64,000 bases of DNA, from contig NMRA01000779.1 of assembly GCA_002633005.1 (NCBI GenBank), positions 1-64,000 on the forward strand, in the 5' to 3' direction. The position numbers and the translations under genes are program-made. Below, one piece after another: positions 12,638-24,536 of the stretch (position 1 is its first letter; each line of letters begins with the position of its first letter). The notes under the pieces were generated by a model that was given only the letters and a program-made list of their open reading frames with translations, ran no database searches and had not been told where the DNA came from. Origin of the DNA: Phoronis australis (taxonomy: Eukaryota > Animalia > Phoronida).

Positions 12638-14073
12638 AGGGAAGGCAACCTTTTTTGTGTCATTTTTAGTAAAAATACAGTTCGTTGATTATATGCTTCA
12701 GATAATGATGGTTCTTCGTGGTTTTATTAACTAGTCGTGCAGTAATCCGGAAGTGACGTTTAGCGGTTTAAGAATTTCCCGACATTTCGTTTCTAGTGCA
12801 TTGGAGTTACTGTGATGATCTGTTCTACTGTTGTTTTTGTGCTAGTCTCCTAATATTGTCGTCACCACTAGCCATCGACGAGTATTCTACGACAAGCTAA
12901 GTTGTTAGAGAACTCGATTACGTTGGATTGAGGAATCTTCTAGTTTGTTGTAGCAGTAGGTGGATATATGTTTGAGCCCGAGCATAGTGAGGTAGAATAC
13001 AGACAGCTGTTGAGAGGGATGAGGCAGCGACTGGGGACAGACGTGGTGGGATGTCTTGGTGCAAATGCAAGGTTTGCACTATGATGCCAACCTCAATGGA
13101 ATGACAATCCTGTTACCATTGGATGGTGACCTGAGCAAGCAAACTTCTTACACCCCACCGTGTGAATCCCTCGCCACACAATTGGCACCTTCTAAATACC
13201 TCCAATACTTTAGTCAATAAACTTATCAAATTTGGCTCACCAGCCTGACCACTGGACGCCAAACTGTCCTCCCCACTGGGTTTTGAACTGGACCTGTATT
13301 CACTCCCACTACTCAACATCGCAGCTGGGCTCCGTACAGGCTCTAAGCTGGAGATAACACCTGCACAGGGCAAATCACTGCTAGAAGAGGCCACAGTTGG
13401 CAAGGTCAATCACTTCAAAAATGCACTTTTTGGGGGTGGCGACGGGGCACTGCCGGGAATCAACAGCATTATTATGACACCCTTCTTCAGGCGTTGTATT
13501 GCAGGAACCTTCACCAATTCCGCGTACACATCTCTTTCGTAATCCAACGGCAGAAAATGCTTGCCACACGCTCTGTAATTCTCCAGTGCTTTGTACGTTG
13601 CATGGACAATAACGCTGCGTTCTTCACATGAACGAGCCAAGTATGGTAGAGCGTTTCATCTTTTGGAAAGCGGTGTGATGGCATACCCAAAGTGCGCGAG
13701 ACGATTATGGGTACACCTCGGTACACAGCAACCGTGCGACATGTTGACTGACTCGTAAACAAACGGAAACGACAACTGAACTTATCATAACCGAAGTAAA
13801 ACAATGAGTGACTTGACAGGTCACACAGTCAGACTAATGAAAACGAAATGACGGTAAATTCTAAACCTCCTAAACGTCACTTCCGGAGTAAGGCACGACT
13901 AGTTAATAAAGTTACAGGAAGCTGTTATTAATTGAAAGAAAAGTCTGGGATAATGTCTGGGATGATGTCTGGGATGATGTCTGGGATGATGTCTGGGATG
14001 ATGTCTGGGATGATGTCTGGAATAATCAACAAACTATATTTTTATTAAAACTGACATGAAAAAGGTTTCCTCA
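12638..14073 (-). mobile_element. Non-autonomous Kolobok-type DNA transposon (frameshifted THAP on -, KolX/P2X7-ballast-like fragment on +)
   Basis: Long imperfect TIRs (AGGGAAGGCAACC...ttcgttgattat). Broken THAP at 13410-13742 (-). GYMFEPE...WCKCKVCTMMPTSME at 12962-13110 (+). Homologous to the 21723-23376 element. Confidence 0.8.
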
Positions 14074-14301
14074 TAATGAAGCAGACATTGCTGCTTTCTG
14101 AGCATTATTAAGTCAAGTCAGAACTTTGGGAAATACTCATTCATCATTTTTGAAGAATTTCCTTCTGATTTTTGAGTTGCAGGGCTTTACATGTGAAAAG
14201 TGTGGCATCTTAAATGTGGTGTTTCTCAAGTGTGCATAATCTGTGACAACCTCTAACAGTGCGGTAAACAACTGAGTGATTCAATATCATTGATTTTTTA
14301 G

Positions 14302-14530
14302 AATCCAGTTATGTTCCCAAAGCCAGCGACAGTAACAAGATTATCATCATTGCCATATTGTCAGTGTCGAGTGTGGCTGCCGTGATCATTGTTGTCTTTG
14401 TTGTGTGCCGATTGTGTCCCTTGCCACGCCGGCGACACCTGGAGGTCACAACCCTGGTGGAAGAACCACCTTCTCAGCCAAGCTTCCAAACAGATGATCT
14501 CAAACTATCCTCACTTATTAGTAAAGGAAG
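14302..14530 (+). CDS. BMPR2: BMPR2 transmembrane/juxtamembrane exon and start of kinase
   Basis: tttttag|AA TCC...GGA AG|gtttgt, phase 1-2. TM segment KIIIIAILSVSSVAAVIIVVFVVCR, then DDLKLSSLISKGR. Confidence 0.9.
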
Positions 14531-14641
14531 GTTTGTACCCTAATTGTTTCTTGGTTTTCAAGGTTTGTATTTTTGGGTTATATTATAATCTGCCCCCTTC
14601 ACTCAATGAGTGTAAGGTGTCCCCTACACTCAATGACTGTA

Positions 14642-17600
14642 CGGTAAAGTCGCGCGATTTTCGGACACTGAAAATTAATTCCAATTGAAAAAATTCATTC
14701 TTGGAAGAATCTCGCAAAACATCATTTTTGTGGTGTCCGAATTTGGCAGACCTCCAAATTTGGGTTTCCGCTAGTGTCCAAATTTCGTGGGTGTACGTGT
14801 ACATTATTTCGATGAGCGGTCGTAGTATCAACATTGCTGGCTCGGTCATTTGATAGCAGTGTAATTGCAGGTAAATGAGACTCAAATGGTCTGCGCGATT
14901 AATTTTTGAAAATCTGGCTTTCCCAATAAGAAATGTGCGCTGTCGACGCACAAAGACCGTTCCCGACAAGTGTTGGTTCTTCTTTTCAAAGATGCACTTT
15001 CTCAATATGAAATATTAGGCTTGCATTGCCGATGCTCAAAAACCGTTCTCGGCAAGTGACGGAATCTTCAAAACTGCGCTATCTTACTTGAAATATAGGG
15101 CTACGTTGTGAAAAAAGTCTTCCTGGTGACAAATATGGGCTTTCCAATGAGTGGGTCTGGTTTGTGTTGTTGACGCTCATGAAACGTTGCAGACAACTAA
15201 TTCTCTTTTGTAAAAATGCGTTTTCTCAATAAAAAATGTCGAGTTTGCGCTGTCAACGCCTGGTTTCCCAATAAAAAGCTGGACTTGCGTATTCGACGCA
15301 CAAAGAGGCTTCCCGAGCATCAAAACATGCGCTTTCTCAATTTTAACGAATTTTGCATGAAACATAACAGTAATGGATGTGGGAACGAGTTCAATGAAGA
15401 AAGTGATGAACAATGACGAGAAAAAAAGCATAAGTTAAACGCATGCATTGTCTGCTGGTTACAAACGGAAACGCAAGTTAACTGTCACATTTATTTCCAT
15501 ATTAAGTGAAAGCTCAGTTTCAACATGAAAACTTTGAATGAACAATTACTCAAAATAGATTACAAAGACAATCATGATAGTAAAATGAGCAGTTTCTCAT
15601 TGACTCGTGATCCCCATTCGTCGTCCTGATAGTCGTCTGAATTGTTGAAGAAGCGCTGTCATTCTATGTGTTTAGGCCTACTGTAAACGATGGGAATGCG
15701 TCAACTAGTAACAGTGCTGCGCGGCTGAAGACACGATTAACTAACATATTGTATATATAAGGGTGTTGTCTAGAAAGCGAATGCAATTTCCAATGCTCCC
15801 AACATCAAATTCACCCAACCGTTTTTTGCAATTCAACCTTTCTCATCCACAGCCTTTGAAACACCCATTGTTAACTCAGTGATACACTGGCGCGTCTTCA
15901 TGCAACTGAGGTGACCTAACACATCTGGGTTCGCTTAAATTTTTAACCACAGTGAAAACTCTGACTTGTGAAATCTGTTTGTGGATGAAATGATTATCAG
16001 AAAATGTTAAGGATTATCAATTTGATAATCGTTAACATTTTCTGATAATCTGCATGGAAGATAACAGGGCCGTTTCTTCTGGTCGTCACCAGCTTAGCAC
16101 CGTCCACGGTCGTCACCAATTACGCGCAGCTTAGTCTCCCTCAGTCACTACTAATTTACGCCTCTGCCAAGACCGTTGTTGGGCACGTTAATACAATAGG
16201 CTACTGGGCAGATCACGACTGTTAGAAGAATCGACTAGTGACGACCTGAAAAGAAAAACGAAAGCATTCAATTTAGGACAGCGTGAACTCATGAAGGACA
16301 TAAACCAGGCAATTCAAGAACGGGTCTACTGTTTATAACTTAATTTTCTTTCTTAATATATACTTAACCAATTACAATCCATCTATGTCGACCTTTTTCA
16401 TTTCATCGGGTCATATATTTGCTACAGTTACGGAAAATAGTTCTTCCTACAGGTCTCTTCTGATGGACACTACACACTTCTGCTAACATTTAAAGTATGA
16501 ACAGTCGCGAGGTTACTGAAGTCTCATTATAACTACAGAAATGTTGTTGAAGAATAACAGTGACTATCTGAAAAGAGGAATACATAACAGAATAAAATAT
16601 GGAAACACCAAACAAAAATCAAAACAACACTTACCTGTTGCAATAACGCCTTAAACGCGAACGTACTGACCGACTTGCACGAACGGAATGTTAGTTGAAC
16701 ATGTTAGTAGAACAAAACTGTCTCAATGAAATTTTCATGGTTTACAGGTTTAAGAAGATCTACCGTAGATTTCCGTATATAAATCCAGAAGAAAATATGG
16801 CCAATTTGCGTATCTCAAATTTTTCTCTAAAATATACCTGGGATGTTTATCTGAGAATAAGAATGCATGCTTGAAATCTAAAAATAATGCTATTCCCAGG
16901 GTGTGCTACAGTATTGATACTGTGTTTGTGTATTCGGCATTGCTGAGTATAGGCCCTGGTGTATTTTTACATAAGACATTTGGTTTCCCGAACTTATGTA
17001 CGGAAATCGCTGGTAATACTTCCCAAAATTATTTACCCTTGCTGCAAGTAAGGCATCACCTCGGGTAAAAATAGAACAATAATTATTATCAATGTAACTG
17101 TCATCTCTTTCGAATCAAACACAATTAAACACACTTACAGGTGAAATGCCTCTAAAATTATCTCAGTAATACAAAAAGCATGGTCTGCATTTTAAGATCA
17201 CGTTTCTTTTTTGTCTCAACTATCAACTGAAGGCGGTGACATGGACAAAAAGACAAGGTCCTGTGGAAAGTAGATATGGAACTCCAGGTCGGAAACACCT
17301 ATAAGGTCCCAGCCTCGTTGCATCGGACTCCAGGTCCTGTATTCTTGTTAGCCTACCCCTAGGACCACAAGAAGCAATGACTACCAATTCTGATTCAACT
17401 GACTTGTCACTTTTCGAAATGATTGGTGGAGGATTTTCTTAGTCGCCACAGACAGAAAGTGCCACAGTGTCCCGGTGTCCTTGTCGGGATTCATCTTAAT
17501 CTCGGGACACCATGGAGTCCAGGGTGTTGTACCTCAGACGGTACAGGGTGTGAATTAACAAGACCAGAAGTACACAGACCAGTGGATGAGCAAGCAAAAT

Positions 17601-19076
17601 TGGGTCGTCGCAAGTTCAATCTTTTTTAGGTTTACATCTGTTTAGGGGTAAAGCTCGTAACGCTACGACTTCGCTAAAAAGCAAGAATTCGTGAAATTAC
17701 GTGATGTATTGTGTATTTTAATTGAAAGCGTGATTTTGGCTAGATTTTTGTATTTCCCAAGACAGCTACTGAACTCTACTCTAGTCTGCGACCAGGGGCG
17801 CAAGGGTGAGAATCTCACGAACACGCTAGACTGAAGACGTCGAGACGTATGGTCAAGTATTGCAAGCGAAGCACACAATCACACTATCTTCTTTAGCGAG
17901 ATTCTTGCATCTGTGATGCTTATCAGAGAGCAACAGGAAATTTGTAAGGGTAGTGAAGAGTGGTTATGTGGATATACATTAGTTTTTGATATGTGTTATA
18001 GCACACCGGCACTTACACAACATAGGACAGGGATGCAATTGTGTGTGCGCCGCGCGCCTTTCTGAGTGCTGGGCCTTGCACTAATGGTTGATTTGTAACC
18101 AGCTTTACTTTGGCTCCGTCTCATTCGGCTGCTGCTGTTCACTGTCTACAATACTTTGAACGCGCGATATCCTACGGCAGGGCTTGGAATTTTCCGCGGA
18201 AACGCGGATTTCCGCTTTTTTGAAATGTGCTTTCCGCTTTTTTTATAATATTTCCGCGTAAAAAAATCGGATTTGATATGAAATTTCCGCAGAAAATTCC
18301 TTTCTTACCGCGGCGTTGCAGACGACGTTCACCTCGGAAAGCGGAATTGCTCTTTATGTTTCGGAGGAACGTAAATTGTCAACATTGCCGGGGCATCTGG
18401 GTAAAGCGTGGTGTGATTTTCAATGGCGGCTCGTGTTATTGTTAAGCGCGGCAACAAATACTACCGCTCTGCAGCCAAAATTGTGTGGGTTGGGAGTGGA
18501 CGGGCGAGCTAAAAGGACGCAGACGTATGCTACTGATGGTGGTAACGTGTTTTTTTTTTTTAGTCCCGATTTTTGTCGCGGAAAGGTTCACATTGACCAT
18601 TTCAAAGGCTGGTTATCGGGCATGATTTGGGCCGTAAAAGTTTCCGCGTTTTTTGTCATTGGTCATTCCAAGCCCTGCTACGGACAGACTTGGCTGTAGC
18701 CTATTGTGTATGGGGGCCTAACAAAAAATATTTCTCATCGCGTCAAGGATAAAATCTGGACACGTTGTCTGGAGATTTTAGCCACTGACAAGGGCATTTG
18801 CAAAGGCCAGGACGTTTTAAAAATAAAAACGTTTCGTAATCATGCAAGTCCATGTCAGGCGTGCAAGTTCAATGTCACAGTCGGAAGTCGAACAGCACGG
18901 TCTAATTAAACCAGAGCACATGTTACGCTACAACGAAAAACTGCAGCCTTCGGTGTATTTCCCATTTGTATTTTCTGGACCTTGTACGAATTTAGTGGAC
19001 TATGAAAAACTAATTTCAGAAATATTTATTCTTGGTCGAAAATGGCGGGCCGTCCGAAAATCGCGCGACTTTACCG
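14642..19076. mobile_element. 4.4-kb non-autonomous TIR element with TA target duplication (Tc1/mariner-pogo-like)
   Basis: Perfect 25-bp TIR CGGTAAAGTCGCGCGATTTTCGGAC, TA on both sides, inserted into a short minisatellite (tgtaaggtgtcccctacactcaatga); no transposase ORF seen. Confidence 0.85.
18178..18677. mobile_element. 500-bp hAT-like MITE with 6-bp TSD, nested in the TA element
   Basis: 13-bp TIR CAGGGCTTGGAAT; direct repeat CTACGG at 18172-18177 and 18678-18683. Confidence 0.8.
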
Positions 19077-19369
19077 TAAGGTGTCCCCTAGACTCAATGA
19101 ATGTAAGCTGTCCCCTAGACTCAACGCTCAATGATTGTAAACACAATGTCTGGAATAGATCTTGTAATTTGTACTTGTATATTGAATATCTCAAGGACTC
19201 AGTTTACTGCCATGAGACATGTATGTGTTGGGAAGGACTCAGTTTACTAGCAGTGATTTGTTGTGAAAATTATGTTTGCTGACATTTACATGCTGTATAT
19301 TTTGTTCAGATATGGCGAGGTTTGGAAAGGTTCCCTCAGTGACATTTGCATGCTGTATATTTTGTTCAG

Positions 19370-19698
19370 ATATGGCGAGGTTTGGAAAGGGTCCCTCAAT
19401 GACAATGATGTTGCTGTCAAGGTGTTCTCACATGCTCAGCGACAGTACTTCAACAATGAACGGGACATTTACTCACTGCCTCTCATACACCATCCCAGTG
19501 TCGTTCACTATTTTGGTACAGAAGAACGGATAAGTGTGGATGGTAACCCTGAGTACCTGCTTATTCTGTCCTATGCATCACATGGATCGCTGCACAGTTA
19601 TTTGAAGAATAATGTTCTGGACTGGTATCAGTTATGCAACATGTCACGCTCCATCGCACAGGGTTTGTCATATCTACATACAGACTTAAGACCTGGAG
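19370..19698 (+). CDS. BMPR2: BMPR2 kinase exon (subdomains I-VIa); alternative in-frame acceptor at 19310
   Basis: ttgttcag|A TAT GGC GAG...GGA G|gtatgt. Encodes YGEVWKG...VAVKVF...NERDIY...GLSYLHTD. Confidence 0.93.
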
Positions 19699-20297
19699 GT
19701 ATGTACAGCAGGAGCTAAGATAGAGTACAACTACATAAACTATTGACAATCTTAAAAGTTCTTTAAACACTTGTGTGGGCTGTGGCAGAACACTCAGTGG
19801 TCAAGTGATTTTGCAATTTCAAGGTTTGAATTTAGTGCCGCCATAGCAGCAGTCAATATTACTATATACTGACTGTTATGTAGTGATGGTTGGGGAGTAT
19901 GAAACACAATAATATGTTAAATTAAAGTTTGTTTCTATTTGGGCGATTAACTAAACTATAAAAATATTTTTGATATCTGACAAATGAATGATTTCCCATA
20001 CTAGCAATTTGACGTTTGTGGAAAAGCAAAATCTTATACCAACTGTCCTGCTCATGTCGGGATTGTAGGGTGATTGGTGATAAAGTTTTATTAGTTTCCA
20101 GGATTATAAACAATTTATTGTCCATTTATTTTGTTTCTCGTGATTATGGTGTTTTCAAGCTTTGCCTCAGCAGTTCTCTGGTAGCTCAAAATTTTGTGTC
20201 AAAGAAGATGTGGAATGGACCACTCGCTGTAAGTCAGCATCACATACATAAGATCACTGTGATTAGATTTAATCTGCTATTCTAAAACTCGTTGCAG

Positions 20298-20467
20298 ACG
20301 TGTTCAAGCCCGCCATTGCCCACCGTGACTTCAACACACGTAACATTCTGGTAAAAGATGACCTCACATGTTGTATCACTGACATGGGCTTTGCTACCAA
20401 GATCATGGGGTCAAAGTTCATCAAGAATGGCCAGGAAGAAATAGCTGAGCAGTCTTCACTTAATGAT
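20298..20467 (+). CDS. BMPR2: BMPR2 kinase exon (catalytic loop)
   Basis: gttgcag|AC GTG...AAT GAT|gtaggt. Encodes KPAIAHRDFNTRNILVK...DMGFA. Confidence 0.95.
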
Positions 20468-20667
20468 GTAGGTTTGGCATGGGAAGTGATATTATGAGTC
20501 TGGTTTTATGAGAGCTCCGATCTTTGTTTTAAGCTATCTAAACAGGACAAAATACAACTTCATATTTAGAGTATGCAGATTCTAGCATTATCTAGCATTT
20601 TGTTTCTTGCTATTGAAAAATAAAAATTCTCATTGCTAACTTAGGCATGATTTCTTTTTTGCTTCAG

Positions 20668-20815
20668 GTTGGCACGCTGCGCTACATGGCTCCCGAGGTG
20701 CTAGATGGCGCTGTGAACTTGCGTGACTGTGAATCCTCATTAAAGCAGATTGACGTATACTCTATGGGTCTAGTGTTGTGGGAGCTACTGATGAGGACCA
20801 AGGAGTTATTTCCAG
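20668..20815 (+). CDS. BMPR2: BMPR2 kinase exon (subdomains VIII-IX)
   Basis: gcttcag|GTT GGC ACG...CCA G|gtcaga. Encodes [31 protein letters not shown] (BMPR2/Wit signature). Confidence 0.96.
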
Positions 20816-20985
20816 GTCAGAGGTCATGTATGGACTAGTTAAGGGTGCATTCACTGAGCAAACATTTGAAACCCTAAGTAGTCTTGCCCAAGCTTGATTA
20901 AAATGTTCACATACCAAAATTATGAACTCTGTTTTATCTTAAAAGCGTTGCCAGCACCAGTTAGTCTAATACACATTCACTAGGA

Positions 20986-21201
20986 CGTGAGGTAACCATG
21001 AGATCTCTGACATGAGGTAACCATCTGATCTCTGACATGAGGTAACCATCAGATCTCTGACGTGAGGTAACCATCAGATCTCTGACGTGAGGTAACCATC
21101 AGATCTCTGACGTGAGGTAACCATCAGATCTCTGACGTGAGGTAACCATCAGATCTCTGACGTGAGGTAACCATCAGATCTCTGACGTGAGGTAACCATC
21201 A
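20986..21201. repeat. 25-bp tandem repeat (tgacgtgaggtaaccatcagatctc) running into an N gap
   Basis: 8 or more copies. Confidence 0.92.
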
Positions 21202-21280
21202 NNNNNNNNNNNNNNNNNNNNNNNNNNNNNNNNNNNNNNNNNCCTTTCAAGTTGCATTATCTCACTCTTTTTCTCTCCAG

Positions 21281-21435
21281 GCTCCGTCGTTCCTGAGTAT
21301 TGTCTCCCCTTTCAAGCTGAGGTTGGCCTCCATCCTACCATAGATGAGATGCAACAACTGGTGTCTAAGAACAAACAGAGGCCCAGTCTACCCCGCATCT
21401 GTCATGCTGTCAACTCCACGCAGCCTCAACTGCAG
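21281..21435 (+). CDS. BMPR2: BMPR2 kinase exon (subdomain X)
   Basis: ttctctccag|GC TCC...CTG CAG|gttggt. Encodes [32 protein letters not shown]. Confidence 0.93.
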
Positions 21436-21994
21436 GTTGGTGTCATGGCAACAGGCTTGATGCATTATGGCTACTCTCCATTTAGTCTTCTTGGAGTCTT
21501 TCACCGTGTACTGTCAAGTAGATATATGCAAATATTAAGAAAATAAAATAGTGACTCACCTCTTCCTAATGGCTCACAGGCATTCATGTTTACAAGTGTG
21601 TGACATTGGAATTGGACACTAACAGTTAAGTGGAAGATTACTTGGTAACATGGGACACAACTATTTTTAGACATGCACATGTGACTTGAGTATCAAGTTG
21701 AGCATTCATTGCAAGCTTTTAAAGGTGAAGGCAACCATTTTGCATGTCATTTTCAGTTAAAATAAGGTTCGTTGATTATCCCAGACATGTTTTCCAGTTA
21801 AATACAGCTTTTCGTACTAATCTAACTCATTACTCGTCCACTACTCTTCAAGTGACGAGTGACGTTTAGGGAGTCAAGAATTTCACGCCATTTGTTTTCA
21901 TATAGTCTGACTGTGTGAGCTGGCGAGTCAGTCATTGTTCTACCCTGGTAGTGATCAGTTTGGTCGTCGTTTGCTTTTTTATGAGTCAGTCAAC

Positions 21995-22342
21995 ATGCCG
22001 CACAGTTGCTGCATACCAGGATGTACTCATTGTCGTCTCGCATGTACTCTGGGTGTACCATTACATCACTTTCCGAAAGATTACACACTTCGCCGTACTT
22101 GGCTTATTCGTGAAAAGAACACAGCGTTACCCGTCCAGGCAACGAAAAAAGCAGTGGAGAATTACCGAGTGTGTGGCAAGCATTTTCCGTCGTCAGATTA
22201 TGAAAGAGATATGTACCCTGAATTAATGAAAGTCCCTGCAAAACAATGCCTAAAGAAGGGTGCCATACCGTCAGTACTGATTTCCGACAGTGCCCCGTCG
22301 CCACCCCCGAGAAGTGCATTTTTGAAGCGAGAAACCTTGTGA
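21995..22342 (+). pseudogene. THAP zinc-finger N-terminus of Kolobok transposase (open 115-aa ORF, catalytic domain absent)
   Basis: MPHSCCIPGC...HHFPKD...W...RVCGKHF...LKKGAIPSV (C2CH THAP with AVPTI-like box). Confidence 0.8.
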
Positions 22343-22929
22343 GCTGTGGCCACTATAGTGAGTGGAGGCTCTTCATCTACTGTCACTCGGGCCTCTGAAC
22401 GTACCCCAGAGCGTGCAATGTCAAGAGCTAGCAGCACTTCGCCCTGTGCTGTTGTTGTAGCCCAGAGCCTGTAAGCAGCCCTGCAGCGATGTTGAGTAGT
22501 GGGAGTGAATACATGCCCAGTTTGACACCCAGGAGGAGGACAGTTCGTCGTCCAGTGAATAGGCTGGTGAGCCAAGTTTTTTTCGACTTGTATAAAAGAT
22601 TGGAACTGTTTAGAAGGTGCGGGGTGTACGTACATGTGGCGAGGGAGTCACATGGTGGCATGTAAGCAGTTTGGGTGCTCAGGTCACCATCCAGTGTGAA
22701 CAGCATAGGCATTCCATTGAGGTGGTCATTACAGTGCACACCGTTCATTTGCACCAAGACGTCCCACCAAGTCTGTCCTCAGTCTCTACCTTTTTCCTCT
22801 CAACAGATACCTGTGCCTGTGTGTACTCTGCCTCATTATACTTGGGCTCAAACATATACCCACCCATTGACTGTCCGTGAAAAGAATTCCTCGTCAACAC
22901 TGCTATGAACAATGTCTCCGTCACTCACG

Positions 22930-22999
22930 CATGGGCAGTGCACCATAGGGGGCTGGGGGGATATAGCTCCCCACTTTCTTCAGTGCTACACTACCTGTG
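22930..22999. mobile_element. Short GC-rich MITE relic with 5-bp TSD (TCACG) inside the Kolobok copy
   Basis: CATGGGCAGTGCACC...CTACCTGTG; related to 52876-52963; absent from the 12638 copy. Confidence 0.5.
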
Positions 23000-23917
23000 T
23001 CACGTCACTACGGTCACTGTGATGTGGGTCGCCGACTCCAGTCATTTTCAAGTTACTACAAACTAAACAATCCCTAAATCCAACGTAATTGAGTTCTCTA
23101 GCAACTTAGCTTGTCGTAGAATACTCGTCGATGGGAAGTGGTGACTACAATTTTAGAAAAACTGCAGGAAAACAACAGTAGTACAGATCCTCACAGTGAA
23201 CTCAAACGCAGAACCAAATTGGCGCGTAATTCTTGACTCTCTAAACGTCACTTCTGTAGTAGGCGACGAGTAATTAATTGAATTACCAGAAGCTGTAATT
23301 AACTGAAAAATATGTTATAAATAATCAATGAACCTTATTTTTCTAAAAATGACTTGATAAAAGGTTGCCTTCACGTTTAATATTCTCCAGACTCAGGAAT
23401 GCTTTGTTGTTAAAATTCTCTAAACCTATAACTGCCTGAGTGATAAAACTTGGCTCTCTTTAAGCAACTTCCATTGAAGAAATTAACTTTTCATTTAGAC
23501 TGTTTACCACTCTAAAACATAAGTGGCAGATCACTATTGTTCGAGACAATGTTTGTTGCATCAATTGACCCGCCACATGACCCGCTGTAGCAAGCCAACG
23601 TTTAGAACTAATATTGCTCTTCCGTCACAAATCTTCTCAATTTAACCAGGGAACAAATTAAGACCAATTTCACAATGTTAAAACAAAAGTTAGTTTGAGT
23701 GAAACATGTTGTGTTTATAACTGCTCTGAGAAAGGAATTTTACTAAAAAATAATATTCTTGGACCTGTCCAAGTGAAAGATTGCCAGACAGCCTGAATTA
23801 TAAATGTTTTGTATGGTGTTTTGCTTTAATGGTTTTCGCATAATGTTTTCATTTGTTTTCATATAATGTTTTCGTATGCTTTTGTATCTTGTTAGCTGTT
23901 GTCTTTATCTGTCTCAG

Positions 23918-24044
23918 GCTATTCGGGCTTTGAAAGAAACTGTTGAAGATTGTTGGGATCAAGATGGTGAGGCTAGACTTACAGCCATGTGTGTCGAAGA
24001 AAGGATGAGTGAGATAGCCTCACTTTGGGATATGCGCCATAAAG
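23918..24044 (+). CDS. BMPR2: BMPR2 kinase exon (subdomain XI)
   Basis: gtctcag|GCT ATT...AAA G|gtgtgt. Encodes [26 protein letters not shown]. Confidence 0.95.
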
Positions 24045-24329
24045 GTGTGTTGGCACTGTTTTATGCCACCGGTCACTTGTGTCCAGCTGTGTTGTGTTGA
24101 GCCTCAGCTTACCAGGAGTGAGGAAGGAGGTGTAGAGCTTTCGTTGTTAACTCTTAGCTGACCATCATTAAAGTGCCAGTTGTTCTGGTACACAGTTTAT
24201 AGATTATAATGGATGTCATTATTATGAATACAACTAATCAGTAAGTTGCATTCTATGCAAGAGTCCCAATAATTTCCATGGTAGATGTAGAACACTTAAG
24301 GGATTCTAGCATCTGCCCTTCTACAAGAA

Positions 24330-24445
24330 GAGGCAGTGCGGCCTAGTGTGATAGGTGCCCGATTTCTTTACTCGAGGTCGTGGGTTCGAGTCCCACTGGG
24401 CCACACTGCTAGACCCTTGAGTCAGGTTTTTAGCTTAAATATGAT
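24330..24445 (+). mobile_element. tRNA-derived SINE head (degenerate)
   Basis: A-box-like GGCCTAGTG, B box GGTTCGAGTCCC at 24383-24394, then ccctTGAG; no intact cloverleaf. Confidence 0.55.
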
Positions 24446-24536
24446 GTGCACTGATTTCACCACAACCATAACACTTATATGTATTACTCCAGATGTGCAT
24501 ATAATAATAATTAACATTTTTCATTTCTCATGACAG

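Larger units (their letters stand above)
21723..23376 (+). mobile_element. Non-autonomous Kolobok-type DNA transposon with TTAA TSD
   Basis: TTAA|AGGTGAAGGCAACC...GGTTGCCTTCACGT|TTAA. THAP ORF on +. Convergent GYMFEP...SWCK*TVCTVMTTSMECLCC (KolX/ballast-like) on - at ~22690-22865. No DDE domain. Confidence 0.85.

Noticed and set aside
20380-20392. DMG instead of DFG as a sign of a pseudokinase
   Set aside because: VAVK Lys, HRD, Asn and the Mg-binding Asp are all intact; the middle residue varies among TGF-beta family receptors.
24330-24420. Functional tRNA gene (also 44754-44815)
   Set aside because: A and B boxes are present but stems do not form a full cloverleaf; treated as SINE relics.
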